A DNA stretch of 64,000 nucleotides, taken from positions 53,816,001 to 53,880,000 of the forward strand of contig CM052819.1 in NCBI GenBank assembly GCA_028534125.1. Direction: 5' to 3'. Each line of letters opens with the position of its first letter. The stretch's first letter is position 1. Both the position numbers and the translations under genes were made by a program. The stretch comes from Lama glama (taxonomy: Eukaryota). Below are positions 50,171-62,766 of this stretch, piece by piece. Under the pieces are notes generated by a model. That model was given only the letters and a program-made list of their open reading frames with translations, made no database searches and had not been told where the DNA came from.

Positions 50171-52509
50171 TCTATTGGATGGCTCAGGAGGCATTTCATT
50201 AACTAGAAATACTTTGGGGTACTAAATAGAGACATCATATGGTACTGAGATATACAGAAAAACTAAGAGCTGAGCTAACCTTGTGACATGTCCTCGACAT
50301 TTCACTCATTTAATAATCATGATCCAAGTTGGTTTCTAATAATACTGACATGTGGAAATAATTCTTGCCTTACTTTTTGGTTGTTTAGATTTAGATAAAG
50401 TCTACTCTATTACTACTCAAACCCCTACCTGTTTCCAAAATAGATTTGAGGCGGCTTACAATAAAAAAGGTAGAGAGCCTCCAAAACCAAAATGCATCCC
50501 AAGGTAAACGGGAGCTCACTGTGGACCTTCTGCACCAGCCCTGGAGGCCTCTGGACCCAAAGGGGCAAAGCTCTGACTTTGGTCCAAACACTTCAATAAC
50601 AGAGAAGAGAATGGGTCCAGGGATGGCTGAAATGAAGGCACAGAATCAGTTCCCCAGTTCTCTTTAGGCTTATCTCCAGACAAGCCCCACTCCCTCCATC
50701 AGAAGAGCCAAATAGAGCAAAAACAATGGAAAATCAATAATTTGATAGCGTTAAAGATCTCACACTATGTCTTTGAAAACAGAGGCCACAGCCAAGGTTT
50801 CACTTCTTCAGAAACACATGCACCCGTTAAAGATGCCGCTGGATTCTGACCTCTATCGTCTTTTCCCTAATAACGCTCAGCCTAAGTAATTAGCTCCCCA
50901 AGCCCAACAGATCCCCAAACTGGCAATGCTCAGCAAAGCACCAAATATGAAATTCACACGTTTAGAAGACACAGATCCCAAGGATGGACCCCCAGCTCCG
51001 TCTTATACACCAACCAGCGGGAAGCGCTGATGTGCTCTGCTCCCCCATCTCTCCAAAATGAAGCCCTTCCCCTAGCCCTGTCTGACTCCGCCCACTGTGA
51101 CAATGGAAAGGCCACTGGACAGGAAGTTACTGTTGATACGATCACAGCAGAGTTGTGTAATGTTTACCAGTACTCAAGGGTGTAGTTTCAGACAGCACGG
51201 GGAGAGTTTCTCGAATGACAGCACTTGATAACTGGAAGAGCCCCGGACACTCCCCAGCTTCATCACGTCCTGGTGCACGAAACAGAGTGAGAGTATGTGT
51301 ACGAAACAGGAAGTGATGGGCACGAAGCTTCCAGGGAGGTCACTCCCTGGAGGCAGCAGACTCCCCTAGAACACTCCCTCCCTTCTCTTCCGCTCTGGGC
51401 ACTATATCTAGGTGCTTCTCAAATGTTTACTTCTAAAATGTCTCCTCCGAGGGCCCCTTCAGGCAAACAGGTACTTTCTGGTCACCAGCCCTGGGGAACG
51501 GCACCCTCCTGGTGGTTTCCTGACACACTGACCACACCTTTGTACACTGTCCCATAGCAGACCCTCCTCCATTTTCCCTAATTTGGGTACGCCACCTGGA
51601 TCCTTCTGAGACCCTGACCAAGACCACACTGAACAGTAAGAAAGTGGTTATATGGCATCTACAACATGAAAACAACAGGTTGCACCATGCTTATTAACTC
51701 AATTGCAAGTTTTTTCTGTTAATATGCTACCCACCAACCATTCCGCTATTCTCCAAATGTCAGCTTCATGAGCACCGACACTGCCGGGTCCCCTAATACC
51801 ATGCAGAAGGCCTGCCATTTACAAGATACCCAGACATTTGCCAGATGGATGGATGAATGAATGAACGAACAAATAAACAGCATGGTAAAATATTTGATGG
51901 AAGAAAAAAGTTAGGAAACCAAGTATGAATTAGGATTAGCATATGGCTGTAGAGAGAAAGAGGGTAACAGAACTAAAGCTTGATTTTTTTGTTGCTGTTA
52001 TTATGGAAAGATATGGTTGGATTTTTAATTTTTAATTTTTCATTAAATTTGCAGTGTTTCTGCAGCAACAATACCTTAAAAAGAAAATATTTTTGTGCCA
52101 CTGAAATCTGAGATGAAAGCAGAAATGCAAAAAAATATGCATTTATATACATTTATGGGTACACAAAGGGCATACTAAAATCAACTTTTTCAAGAGACAA
52201 CCAAATGATTAAACATTTAAGTTGACTTTCCCTCTGCACATAGCTATTAAAGAGTAATTAAGACTTTCCACTGTGTTAAGCAACCACTTGCCTAACAAAG
52301 TTGCCATAATCATGTTGAGACAAGGCAGATGGCATCAAATGAGATGCAAATGGGGCATAGTCCCCACATGGATTTATGGTCCACATTTTTACTGGCAACA
52401 GTTCTTCCCAAGCAAGGGACAACATGGCTACATACATTCATTTACTTCTACATGTTTCTGAGATGCTACCAAACCAACAGCAAGAGTGCAAACGCTTCTA
52501 GACAGATGC

Positions 52510-52620
52510 TGGAGACTTAAGATACTAGACCCAGATCAATCAGTAAGTAGCTGTGTGACCCAAAGCAGGTTGTTCTGCCTCTCTGGACTCTACTTTCCTC
52601 GTGCGTAAAATGAGAGGACC
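52510..52620 (+). mobile_element. MIR SINE fragment
   Basis: tagctgtgtgacccaaagcagg...ctttcctcgtgcgtaaaatg. Confidence 0.6.
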
Positions 52621-52779
52621 CCTGCCAAACGTGGGAGTGCCTACAGTTCTGACATCCTACGCCCACTACCTGTAGTGTTGGGACACCTGATGACAAAGGT
52701 GGACTGTTAACACGTTCCCCAGGAACTGCCAACTCAACAGGGCCAACACCAAGCTCTCTATCTCACTCTGAATCTTGCT

Positions 52780-53570
52780 CCCCTTCGCTCTCTGTCCCTC
52801 TTTTCCAGGCATGCCTCCACCATGTGCTCCTGTGCTCGCAAGAGCAATCTGGCCATCACCTTACCACTCCCCTTTACCACTCACATCAAACCCCCTCAAC
52901 TGATCAGTCTTACCTTCTAATTGTCCCTTGACACTCCCCAGTTTTCTCCATAATTGCTGCTCCTATTCCAGTTCAGGCTCCCATCATCTCTCTCCTGGAC
53001 CGTGGAACACATACCTAACTGGTCTCCTTCAGCTGGGCTATTTACTCTGTGATCAACACTGCAGCCACAGTGGTCTTCCTAAAGTGCAGTTCGCACCCCT
53101 GCTCAAAACCCTTCAACTGCCCTATATCTTGAGGTTGGCCCACAGGCTCTTCATTATCTAGCCCCTGTTGGCTCTCAGTTTCTTCCTCTGTTCCCTCCAC
53201 CGTTAGCCCACACTAAGTCATTTGCAGCTCCCCCGGGGGCCATGGTTTCCTTGGGCTCCTAACATAATGTGCCCTCTGGTTAGAAAGCCCTTCCTGGCCC
53301 CATTTCCCCTATGTGCTGGTCTGGCTACTGCCTACTCCTGATCCCTCAGGCTCCAGCTTTCTCCAAAAACGTCCTCCGGACCCTGAATCTGGGCTGGGTG
53401 CTCTTCCTCTGTGGTCTCAAAGCACCTGATGCTTAACACTCAGAATTACGGTAGTCTGTTTCTGAGTGGAAACTTGAGGGCAAAGGCTTGTTCATCACTT
53501 TTTTCCAGAATCAAGAATTAAGTCTGCCCACAGTAATGAATATATGTTTATGGATGAACGCATGAAAGAG
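52780..53570 (+). mobile_element. L2 LINE 3' region
   Basis: ccatcatctctctcctggac...cctaactggtctcc...ctgctcaaaacccttcaa...aaacttgagggcaaagg. Confidence 0.75.
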
Positions 53571-54364
53571 AAAGAGAAGAAGTGAAAGGGGAGGGTGAAA
53601 CGCAACCAATTTTCAGGCAAGCCCGAGGGCTGCACTACCCAGGATTCATCTCAGCCAGGACCCCGAGGACTCCAAAAGGGCCTTGCCTGCACACTTATAT
53701 TTTCTTAGAGTTCTAACTTAGGAGACAGAAAGAATTCTGAGATTACCATATCTATTATTTGGGATGTATTCAAGCTGTATTACCCTCAAGTCATTCCAGA
53801 TGGTTCCAAGGTCATCTTTAAAGGAATACCCACAACTACCTAAAACTACCTAGGTCATAACTTTTTTTAAAAATCCTGAAATTAAGCTTTCAAAGTAATG
53901 AAATCTGACAATTATTCTGAGTGTTCAGAACCATTTCAAACCAGTTACCTTCCACGAAATACATCATGTGCATACTTTCTCAATTTCTGATATTTTCTTT
54001 ACTGCCACTCCCAGTTCCCTACTCTGAGCTCGGCCCATCTCAAATATAAAGTCATCCACAAAGGCTTCCCCGCCATCCACATAAGTGACACCAAAGGCCG
54101 AGTCATCTCACTGTCCTCCCACAAGGCTTCACAGAGATCTTCCCATGGTCCACACTTCATCTGTAATTACCCAAATATACATCATTTACATATAGTTACT
54201 GTACGTAACACATTTTACAGCATTTATCTGTAGTTATTCAAATGTTTGCTCAGGATTCAGTCTAGCTCAGACTCCCGGCTAATGCATCTTTATTAACAAG
54301 AATAAGTAACAACTGAGTGACACCAGGCTACTTAGATCGGGGACTGAGGGTTTGGTAAACTCAC

Positions 54365-54534
54365 ACGCAAGTATTCCAGACTGATGCACTGGTTTTGCAC
54401 ATCTTTCTCTCTGGCGATTTCCATGACTAAATTCGGATGGGTATTTTTGTTGTCCAAACTTGGAAGGGCCAAAAATATCAGCTGTTGGGAATGTGGGGTT
54501 CTCAAGTAAATCATAACCTCCCTTTCACACAAAC
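54365..54534 (-). other. Candidate 170-nt exon
   Basis: Minus-strand acceptor ttttttttcctttttcaacaatag|G and donor CGT|gtgagt in unique sequence. Confidence 0.35.
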
Positions 54535-54687
54535 CTATTGTTGAAAAAGGAAAAAAAACCACAGAGAAGTAGCATGATGGTAGAAAGAAAACATGAAATT
54601 AGGTAGGGACTGCGCCCCAACTAATGTTTACCTTCAGACAGTCCCTCCTCTTTTTCCCATCTCCCAACACCCAAAATGAAGAAAGTG

Positions 54688-54858
54688 GGGGCAGAGAGCT
54701 CAGTGGTAAAGTGCCTGCTTAGCATGCACGAGGTCCTGGGTTCAATCCCCAGTACCTCCATTAAAAAATTAATAACAAAATAAATAAATCAATAAACCTA
54801 ATTACCTCTCCAAATTTTTTTAAATAAAAATAACAAAACATCTAAAAAAAAAAAAAAA
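54688..54858 (+). mobile_element. Vic-1-like SINE with TSD
   Basis: A/B boxes, cctaattacctc motif, poly(A); TSD aagaaagtg at 54679-54687 and 54859-54867. Confidence 0.9.
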
Positions 54859-56327
54859 AAGAAAGTGAACTAAAAGACTTTAAAAGGCTTGACTCTATGG
54901 TGTACTATCTACTTTTAAATCCTCTTCCCCCAGGCAAAGTCAGTGGCAGGACTAAGTTATTAAAAAGGTGGACACAGATGAGTGACTTTATAGACCTTTC
55001 TCCTCCTACAGAGAAAACTGGACCAGAAATAAAAAGCTTAACAACTTCTTTGGTATCAGGTCTTTGCCTATTACCTTCTATAGAATAAAGACTTATTCAG
55101 CAGCATCTTCTGGTCCAGTTTGCCCTTTCAGGAAAAACTAACTTTTTGTATAGCCTTCAAAAAAAATCCATTAAGCAAGGGAGGCTTTTGAATGTCTGCA
55201 TTTATATGAACTATGTCTTGCAGACCTTACCGTGAGAATTCCAATTCCCCTCTTCAGCCCTAGCTGCATGCACACTGATCACGTGGTGGGCAATTTGCGC
55301 TAAAGAACGAGGTCACTGTGTCAGCCAAATTCTAAAGGATGCCCCCCATCCCCCCAAAAGAGACAGAATGAGGTCCTAAATAAGCAATGATCAAACTTCC
55401 AGCAGGCATTCTTTATCTCCCTAAAATTCACTTCGATTCTAAAATACACACAGCGGTTGCTGGCTGAGGCTGAAGGTTAAAGGCACCAAAATAAACTGCG
55501 TCTTAGGGGTTAGGAGGGGAGGTGAAGGACTCTCTCTGCCCGCAGTGGTACTTATTAAAGAGAAAGGAGACATTCCAAGGGACCACAGAGCACCCGGGGC
55601 TCTTTTTAAGCCAGATGCCACTGGCACAAGGGCTGGCAGCACAAACAGGCTTGAAATGAAAGTCTCCAGGGGGACCTTGAGAAGATGGAGAGGCAGGGCC
55701 CACGGATGCTCCCAGCATCAACCAAGATGACAAAGCTGTTGAGCAAAGACAGTGACTGGAACAAACCCCCATCAGGCCTCAAAAAGGCGTTCACTGCTTC
55801 CTCCATCTTCTATCTCCAGATTCCCTTCTAGCTGATTTAGTGAGATTATGATTTCTGCTGGAAATTAAACAGTGATTGCAGAGATTATGCAAACAGGACA
55901 CCTCAAGACAGGAAACCAATCATCGTGCAGCAGGTTGGAAGAAGGGGGTATCTGCTGGAGGCAAAAAAAAAAAAATCTCCTTAATCAACTCTTAGGCAGG
56001 AGCTTTCAACAGTTCTAGAGAAATTTCTCCCAAAGCAGATGAATCTTTAACTGATTAATGTCATAAACAATTAAAATAGATCTTCATTGCCAAGAATATC
56101 TCATAGCAAGAAAGCCTTTTAAGCTTTCCCTTAAACCCACAGAGCAGTCAGCTTGCTCAAAGCCAAATTCTTCAAACGCCAAACCTCGGAGGAGGGGTGG
56201 AGAGACGAGGGTTGGATTAGGAGATCCTGAGCTGGTTAGGATTCCACTAGCTCGCAGGAGGGGCTGCAGGAGGCATTCCTGCTGCATCAGTGGCTCCTGA
56301 ATCACTTTACAAACACACAATAGTATC

Positions 56328-56720
56328 TGCGACTGCAAGTTGGGTTCTCCAGAAGCAGAAGCTGAGATGGAATCCGGGGTTGAAGACATTTATTAGGGAT
56401 GAACCCTTGTAAAGGGAGGAGGAGGATGCAGGAGTGGGCAGAGGTGGGACTACAAAGCAACCCAAACCTCAGCCTATCAGTGGGGGCATTCTGGTGTCCG
56501 GGGAGCCTTCATACTCTGTCACCAGATGTCACCCCAATGCAGGTGCCCCAGGAAGGGCATGTCCTTAGGTTGCGCAGCTTTCTGTGTGGCCCAGCCCAGG
56601 GGTCCCTCCCGGAGCTGACAGGTTGTGCAGGGCTATCTGCAGACCACATTCTGTGCCACTGTCAGCATACCTTTCCTTCAAAGGGGACCTGAGTGCCCCA
56701 TCTCTACAGCCAGCACAGCA
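56328..56720 (-). mobile_element. ERVL LTR (LTR33/LTR16-like)
   Basis: gggttctccagaagcagaagctgagatgga...atttattaggga...gcaggagtgggcagagg. Confidence 0.55.
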
Positions 56721-56949
56721 CCTCTTCAAAGACATAACCTGCCTTTATATTGATGATTAAACTTAAGAATAGCAAAAGTTTAACTTATATTACTGGGAAT
56801 ACGTTAATATGAGTAAAAATTAATATGAGTAAAGTTTGCCAATAGGGAAATATTTCCATCTGTACTTAAAATGAGTTGATAATCATTTTTTCAGATTAAA
56901 GGAAAATTAATTGCAAGAAAAATGTTGCTCTTCCCGTTTACTGAAATTA

Positions 56950-57165
56950 CAAAGAGTTAGATACATCTGTGTCTGTATACTAAGATAGATACAAATGTAT
57001 ATATTTATTTAGAGGATTGCCTGGAAGGATGTTCCCAAAAATGTTCAGGATAATTATTTCTGGGTGCTGAGATGTCAGAGGATTTTTGCTGTCTTCTTAA
57101 TATCTTTCAGTATCAATTGGATTTTCTATAATAAAGCATCTGTCTTTGTAAAAAGATACAAAAAT
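56950..57165 (+). mobile_element. Old L1ME-like 3' end
   Basis: ctggaaggatgttcccaaaaatgtt...tatttctgggtg...ttttctataataaagcat. Confidence 0.55.
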
Positions 57166-60014
57166 GCAAACTCAAAAGCATGCTCTCTGGACTTCTATAT
57201 CCCACCCATGAATCCAAAGGAGAACCACCATAATAAAAGAAGGAACACAATACTAGACGAAAGTCTCAGATCTGATAGTGACTCATCATGAGAACAAAGG
57301 CTAATGAATGGATATATTTGCTGTAAGAAACCTGTACTGACAGTTTGAGCTGTCAGTTACCAAAACCCTGCTGGGAGAAGCAGCCTCTCCAACAGGTCTT
57401 TGCTACAGAAGTTGCTGAAGGTTTTGTCACAAACTGATTAAGCTCGGAGTAAGCAAATCAGTATCTGTGGAGGCAAACCCAGCAGGATGGGCCAGTGGGA
57501 GCCCTCCAAGGCAGATGACAAAATCTTGATCTTGTGAAATTGCATCACTAGAAAAGCATAAATGCAACATGAACAAAAACCAGTGGCATCAGCGTTGGTG
57601 TACTACTGCCCCAAAGAGCACTGGGCTCTGGCTGTCATTCTCTGGTGTTTTTGCCTTTCACCTAGTCTTGTAAGTAAGCACTGAGACCCAAAGGGATTGC
57701 GAGCCAATAAAGATCATTCCCATTGCTTCTGATTCCTGAAAAGAACTCCCTGTCTCCCTTTTAGGATGTCACTGGAGTAGCCTCCAAGGTGAGAGCAAGG
57801 ATCATCTGTCTCATTCAGTTATATGTTGCTAATGCCTATCCTACTGCTTGGCACAAAACTGACATTCAGTAATTAAGCAAGATGAACACATGAGTGAACG
57901 CATACGCTCCTTGGCTAAGTGCAATGACGCCAAGGATATTAGAAAACAGCATGCAATGCTTAGAAGTAAGGCGAAAGGAGGGCAGCACGTGCTTTCAACA
58001 CTATACTCAAGCGTTATCTAGCAGGCACACTCAGGGATTAGTTGGTTCTCTAGGAGTTCTACTTGTGTTTGGTGCTAATCACCAACGATTTGGGTACAGA
58101 CATTGTGAAGTTACACGTTAACTTGTGATTCTTATCCATTATAGAATCAGATGACTTCTAATTGGTAGAAATGAGAGCCCCAATAGTTACTGCTTTATTG
58201 CCCTGCAGGATATTAACCAGTTTTGTATCTAACCTAGCAATCTTATTCCAATATTCTTCAGTATCTGTAACTACACAGCTGTTCAAATGCTCTTTGAACC
58301 TGCTTTGTTTCCCTACTGGTTCCCTCATTTATGAGTTAAATACTTCTTTGGCATGCTCATTTTATATCTGTATGAGAGTCATGTTTATAACTTTAAAAAT
58401 ATATATACACTGACAAGAGAAATAAAAGAAAAAAGATCTAGTTTCTAACCTCACATGTAAGTAAAACATACTCATAAACATTTATAATTAGGCTAGAAAG
58501 GGTAGTAGAGGTGACAGATATGAAGAGATACCAAGGTACAGGGAATCAAAGAGACCGCCTCTAGCTTAGGTCACAGCTAGGTTTAGTATTTATTATCAAG
58601 ACTGTAAATCTTTGGCATTCCCTAAAAGAAGGGGGAGAAGGAAACAATCCTTTAGAAGGCACCTAGAAACATTACACAGCAGCTGTGTCTCTGCTCTAGT
58701 TCAGGAGGAAGGGTCAGGAGACTGAAGTATCAGTCCCAGGGACGCGGCTGTAATATGAGGAAAGTCACTTCTCACTTCTCTCTGAATGCCAGTTTCCAGC
58801 TCCAAAGTTCTTTGATTACTAAATAGTTCCCTGACTTGAAAGTTAATTCACCTCTGTTCCTGCCACCTCCGTTTTCCAGAGAGGCATCTACTGTGGGAGA
58901 CACGGGCAGGAGGGTATTTCGTTTGTAATGATGGTGGTGCTGCTGCCTGAAGGCAACAGTCCAATCTGGATGAAATCTCACAATCCTCTCGGGCTCGGTC
59001 TGTTTGTATGGTTGTCTTTGGGCATCTGAGACCCCTTGTCATAGCAAAGGAGCTGGACATGAGTCAAAATCACTTAGATACATAAGGACACAGGTTCCCA
59101 TGCATGAAAAACCAGGACCAAAGCCTTTAGCATGGGGATATATCAGATCCTTCAGATGAGACATTCCCTAGCCTTTCAAAGTTAGGGTCCAGTGTCTATG
59201 CAGTTAGGTTAATATGGAATTGTACTGCATTTCCTTAGTTACTATTGTTTATCTCCCAATAATAGACCTCAAGTTCAAACACCATTCGAACATAGTAACT
59301 CATTCTGTGATTTTGCACTAACCGTCTCTCGCTTGTAACTATCTGCAATTGGCAAAGTGAACTACAGCAGAGCTAGGGGGTTGAGGGAAATAGAGGTACA
59401 TTGGTTTGTTTTAAAACCAGCCACTGCTCCATCCTGATAAAGTAAAACACACGCTCTGAGGCTGCACTGAGAATCTGTCTCTCAGCACCTGTGTGTCTGT
59501 GTCCACTTCCCCTCTTCCCATGACTCTGTCTCTCCCACAGCACCCAACACAGCACCCCAGACAGAGGAGGAGCTCAATAAATATCTGATGAGTAGCTAAG
59601 TGAGAGGACAAATCCATGAATCACGTAGAGATAGGAAAGGACAGAGTATCATTCCTACTCCAAAGAGGTAAAATCTGATACAGAAAGATTTAGTGACATG
59701 CAAGAGTCAGGAGGCAATTCTTCTGCTACATCTGGCCCAATTCAGACCCTTCAACCATAATTATATATGTTTCTGGAAGATTAGAGATATTTGAGAATTG
59801 CGATAAGGGCAATAAATATGATTAAGAGAACAAAAATTGGTTCTGTGAGGGAAATAAAATCACAGCAGCAAAGGTTACATTAGATGAGAGGCAGACCTTC
59901 GGGCTGTCTTCAGGTCCTGGATAAGACTATAAGCTCGATTTAATTACAAACAATAAAACATCCACAACGAAGGGACCTTGATACTAGACACCCTGCAGAA
60001 AAAAAGCACCTTAC

Positions 60015-60300
60015 TTAAACTCTCGGGAAGACACAGTCTACCATTTTTGTCAATGCGGCTCAATTAACAACATTTCTGCTCCCACCCCCAGCACACGCAT
60101 CTTGGTTGAAAAGCCAAAACTATCCTTGCTGCCAGAAAGAACACGGTCAGCGATCGGTTTCAGTTCTATACTGTGCTCATGAATAAATATCACATCTGTG
60201 ACCTTTATCATACCCTCGAGGCAAGGATTATTATAATGAGACCACTGATCAGTGGCCTCCACGTGCACAGCAGGAAAACCCGGATGTGTGGAAGGCCATT
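60015..60300 (-). other. Candidate 286-nt non-coding exon
   Basis: Minus-strand acceptor tttaatcacttgtcccttcag|A and donor TAA|gtaagg; stops in all three frames. Confidence 0.25.
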
Positions 60301-60729
60301 CTGAAGGGACAAGTGATTAAACATGAAAGAGTTCTCCGAGAAGCCCCTTCCTCACTGATCTTTCAAAACACCATCTGTCTCAGAGGACTCAGGAGGAGAG
60401 CTGTCCAGGGCTGGGACAGCCAGAAATGAGAGCGAGAGCCGTGTGCAGGCTCTGGGAATGTAAGATGATTTCAAGGCCACGGCAGAGCTGGGACTTTGCC
60501 ACCTCAAAGCTTCCTTGGAAGCAGCAGCACTATAAATTGCAATAAAAATCACTAACGGCCCTGGCCAACCCTATAACTCTTTGGAACATCACCAGGATCT
60601 ACATAGATAAGGTGGCCAGGGCAGAGAAGACTAGCTGAAATTTTGGATAATCCCACACACTTCCCAAGTGGTTCCTTTTCATTTTTTTTTTTTGAGTCTT
60701 GAACCCCACCAGTTAAATCATTTTCATAA

Positions 60730-61040
60730 TGTGAATGGAGTACCTAGCACCACTGAACTGTGAATGGTTATGTTGGTAAATTTTATTTTCTATAAATTTT
60801 AACACAAAGTTTGAAAAAGGAAAAAAAAACATTTAGAGGAAAATTACAGCTCTGGGATTTGTTTTAGAATAATCCAGGGTGGGAGGGTGGAGGTTACTGA
60901 TGAAACAAAACCAGTTGAGTTGATAACAACAGAAGCTAAGTGATGGGGAAATGGGGATTCATTTTACTGGTCTTTTATATTTTTGAAGTTCCCCCAAATA
61001 TATTTTATATTTTTGAAGTTCTCCCAAATAAAAAAATTTC
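60730..61040 (+). mobile_element. L1M 3' fragments
   Basis: ccactgaactgtgaatggttatgttggtaaattttat...; ctgggatttgttttagaataatccag...gaagctaagtgatgggg. Confidence 0.7.
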
Positions 61041-61182
61041 AACAGGGATTTAGCTCAAAGCACCCCCCAACAAATTTATTTCTTCACCAGCTGTTTTGCT
61101 TTAAGTAGAAATGAAAAGCAGCCTACTTTTCAAATGCTAACGGTTCCGAGACCTACTTCACCTGCTGTAGTTCTAGAACGGA

Positions 61183-61343
61183 CAGTGCTTCTCCAACGTG
61201 AATGCACGTGCATGAGTCACCTCGGGACCTTGTTAAAATGCGGCTTCTGTTCAGCAGGACCAGGGTAGGGCCTGAGATGCTACATTTCTAGCAAGCTCCC
61301 AGGTGATGCTACCGGTCCAGGAGTCACACATTGAGCAGTAAGG
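61183..61343. mobile_element. MER5A/B-like DNA transposon
   Basis: cagtgcttctccaac...gagtcacctcgggaccttgttaaaatgc...catttctagcaagctcccaggtgatgct. Confidence 0.85.
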
Positions 61344-62423
61344 CTTGCAGGCAGCAAGCAAGTGTTTGCAAGGGGAGAGGCCAGAAAGGCTTCATTTAGA
61401 TGGCACCTTTCGGGGCCAAAAGGGCATCAACACTGCTGCTGTGTTCTGGAGAAAGGTCTCCCCACCCCTCTGCACTGCAGCGCAGGGCACCACTACTCAT
61501 GCAGCGGTAACCAGCAAGACAGACGACAGGACGAAGACAGAAGAATCCCAGGAATTAAGTGCGGTTTTTCAGGGCCAGTCTTGTACACCTAAATTCAATA
61601 AACAAGGAAAAATTACCGCCCTGCTAGATGTCTGCTTTTAAATCTATTAAGTAATGTCTAAACCAAAGAAATCTGTCTAGAATTCAAAGCTCAGAGGCCG
61701 AGGCAAGACTTGGGAATCATTAACAAGCTGTGAGGTTAAAAGATCAAAATATCTTGGCAACTCTAGTAAATTCCATCTGATAAAAGAAACAAAACCCATT
61801 TCAGCACACACATTCCTAAACAACCATCAAATCTCTGAAGAACTAAAGAAAAATTTTTTAAAGAATGTCTACCTGTAAAAAACTCCAATCCACAAAATAC
61901 AATTAGTTCGTCTAATGTTCTGTGGTCATCAGGTAGACTTGAGGACAGTCTTCTGTCCTCAGAGACTGCTCTATTATCTGTTAGATGAGGCATGCCCAGA
62001 GGGCAGGGATTATAATTTATAATCGAGGATTCCCTCCTTTAGCCAGTGTGATATGTGATTAAGCCATTACCATACCATCTCACAGTTCCCCGAGAGGTTG
62101 TAAGTGCTAGGCAAGCACTAAGCAGTTTACACTAATTATTTCACTTAAAATGCTTTGTCTTCACTCATTGTCTTTTGAAATTTAATTATAAGCTTCTAAA
62201 TCCCTCCCCTCTCTGCAAATATTTTTCCTAAAGGGTTCATTCTTGCTTCCCTCAGCAGGGAATGATGCTGCAGAGAAGGCACTAGCCCTCTGTCTTGTGA
62301 ACTCTAGGTCTAGAGAAATGGCTCAGACCACACCCCTCCCTCACCATCCACACACGCATGACAGGGACCAGCCACGGGAGGGGTACGGAAGAAACCCACA
62401 CCCAGCCTTCAACAAACAGACCA

Positions 62424-62766
62424 TGTGTAATCAAAAGAAAAAAAAAGACAAAAGTCAACTTATTTACAAAACAGAAACAGACTCACAGACATAGAAAATA
62501 AATTTATGGTTACGAGGGGGAAAAAGGGGTGGGAAGGGATAAATTGGGAGTTTGGGATTTGCAGATACTAACTACTGTATATAAAATAGACAAACAACAA
62601 GTTTCTCCTGTATAGCACAGGGAACTATATTCAGTAACTTGCAGTAACCTATAATGAAAAAGAATATGAAAAGGAAATTATGTATGTATATGCATGATTG
62701 AAACATTAGGCTGTACACCAGAAATGGACATAACATTAGAAACTGACAAGTAAAATTTTTTTTAAA
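62424..62766 (+). mobile_element. 5'-truncated L1 (cetartiodactyl-type) with TSD
   Basis: cttatttacaaaacagaaacagactcacagacatagaaa...tatagcacagggaactatattca; TSD aaacagacca at 62414-62423 and 62767-62776. Confidence 0.92.

Noticed and set aside
60745-60770. tagcacca...ggtta resembling miR-29
   Set aside because: Only the seed-length prefix matches, it lies in an L1 3' end, and no precursor hairpin is evident.
8845-61220. About 15 AP-1 heptamers (TGASTCA) across the window
   Set aside because: A rough expectation of 8-12 by composition and TG/CA excess makes the enrichment unconvincing, and several lie inside repeats.
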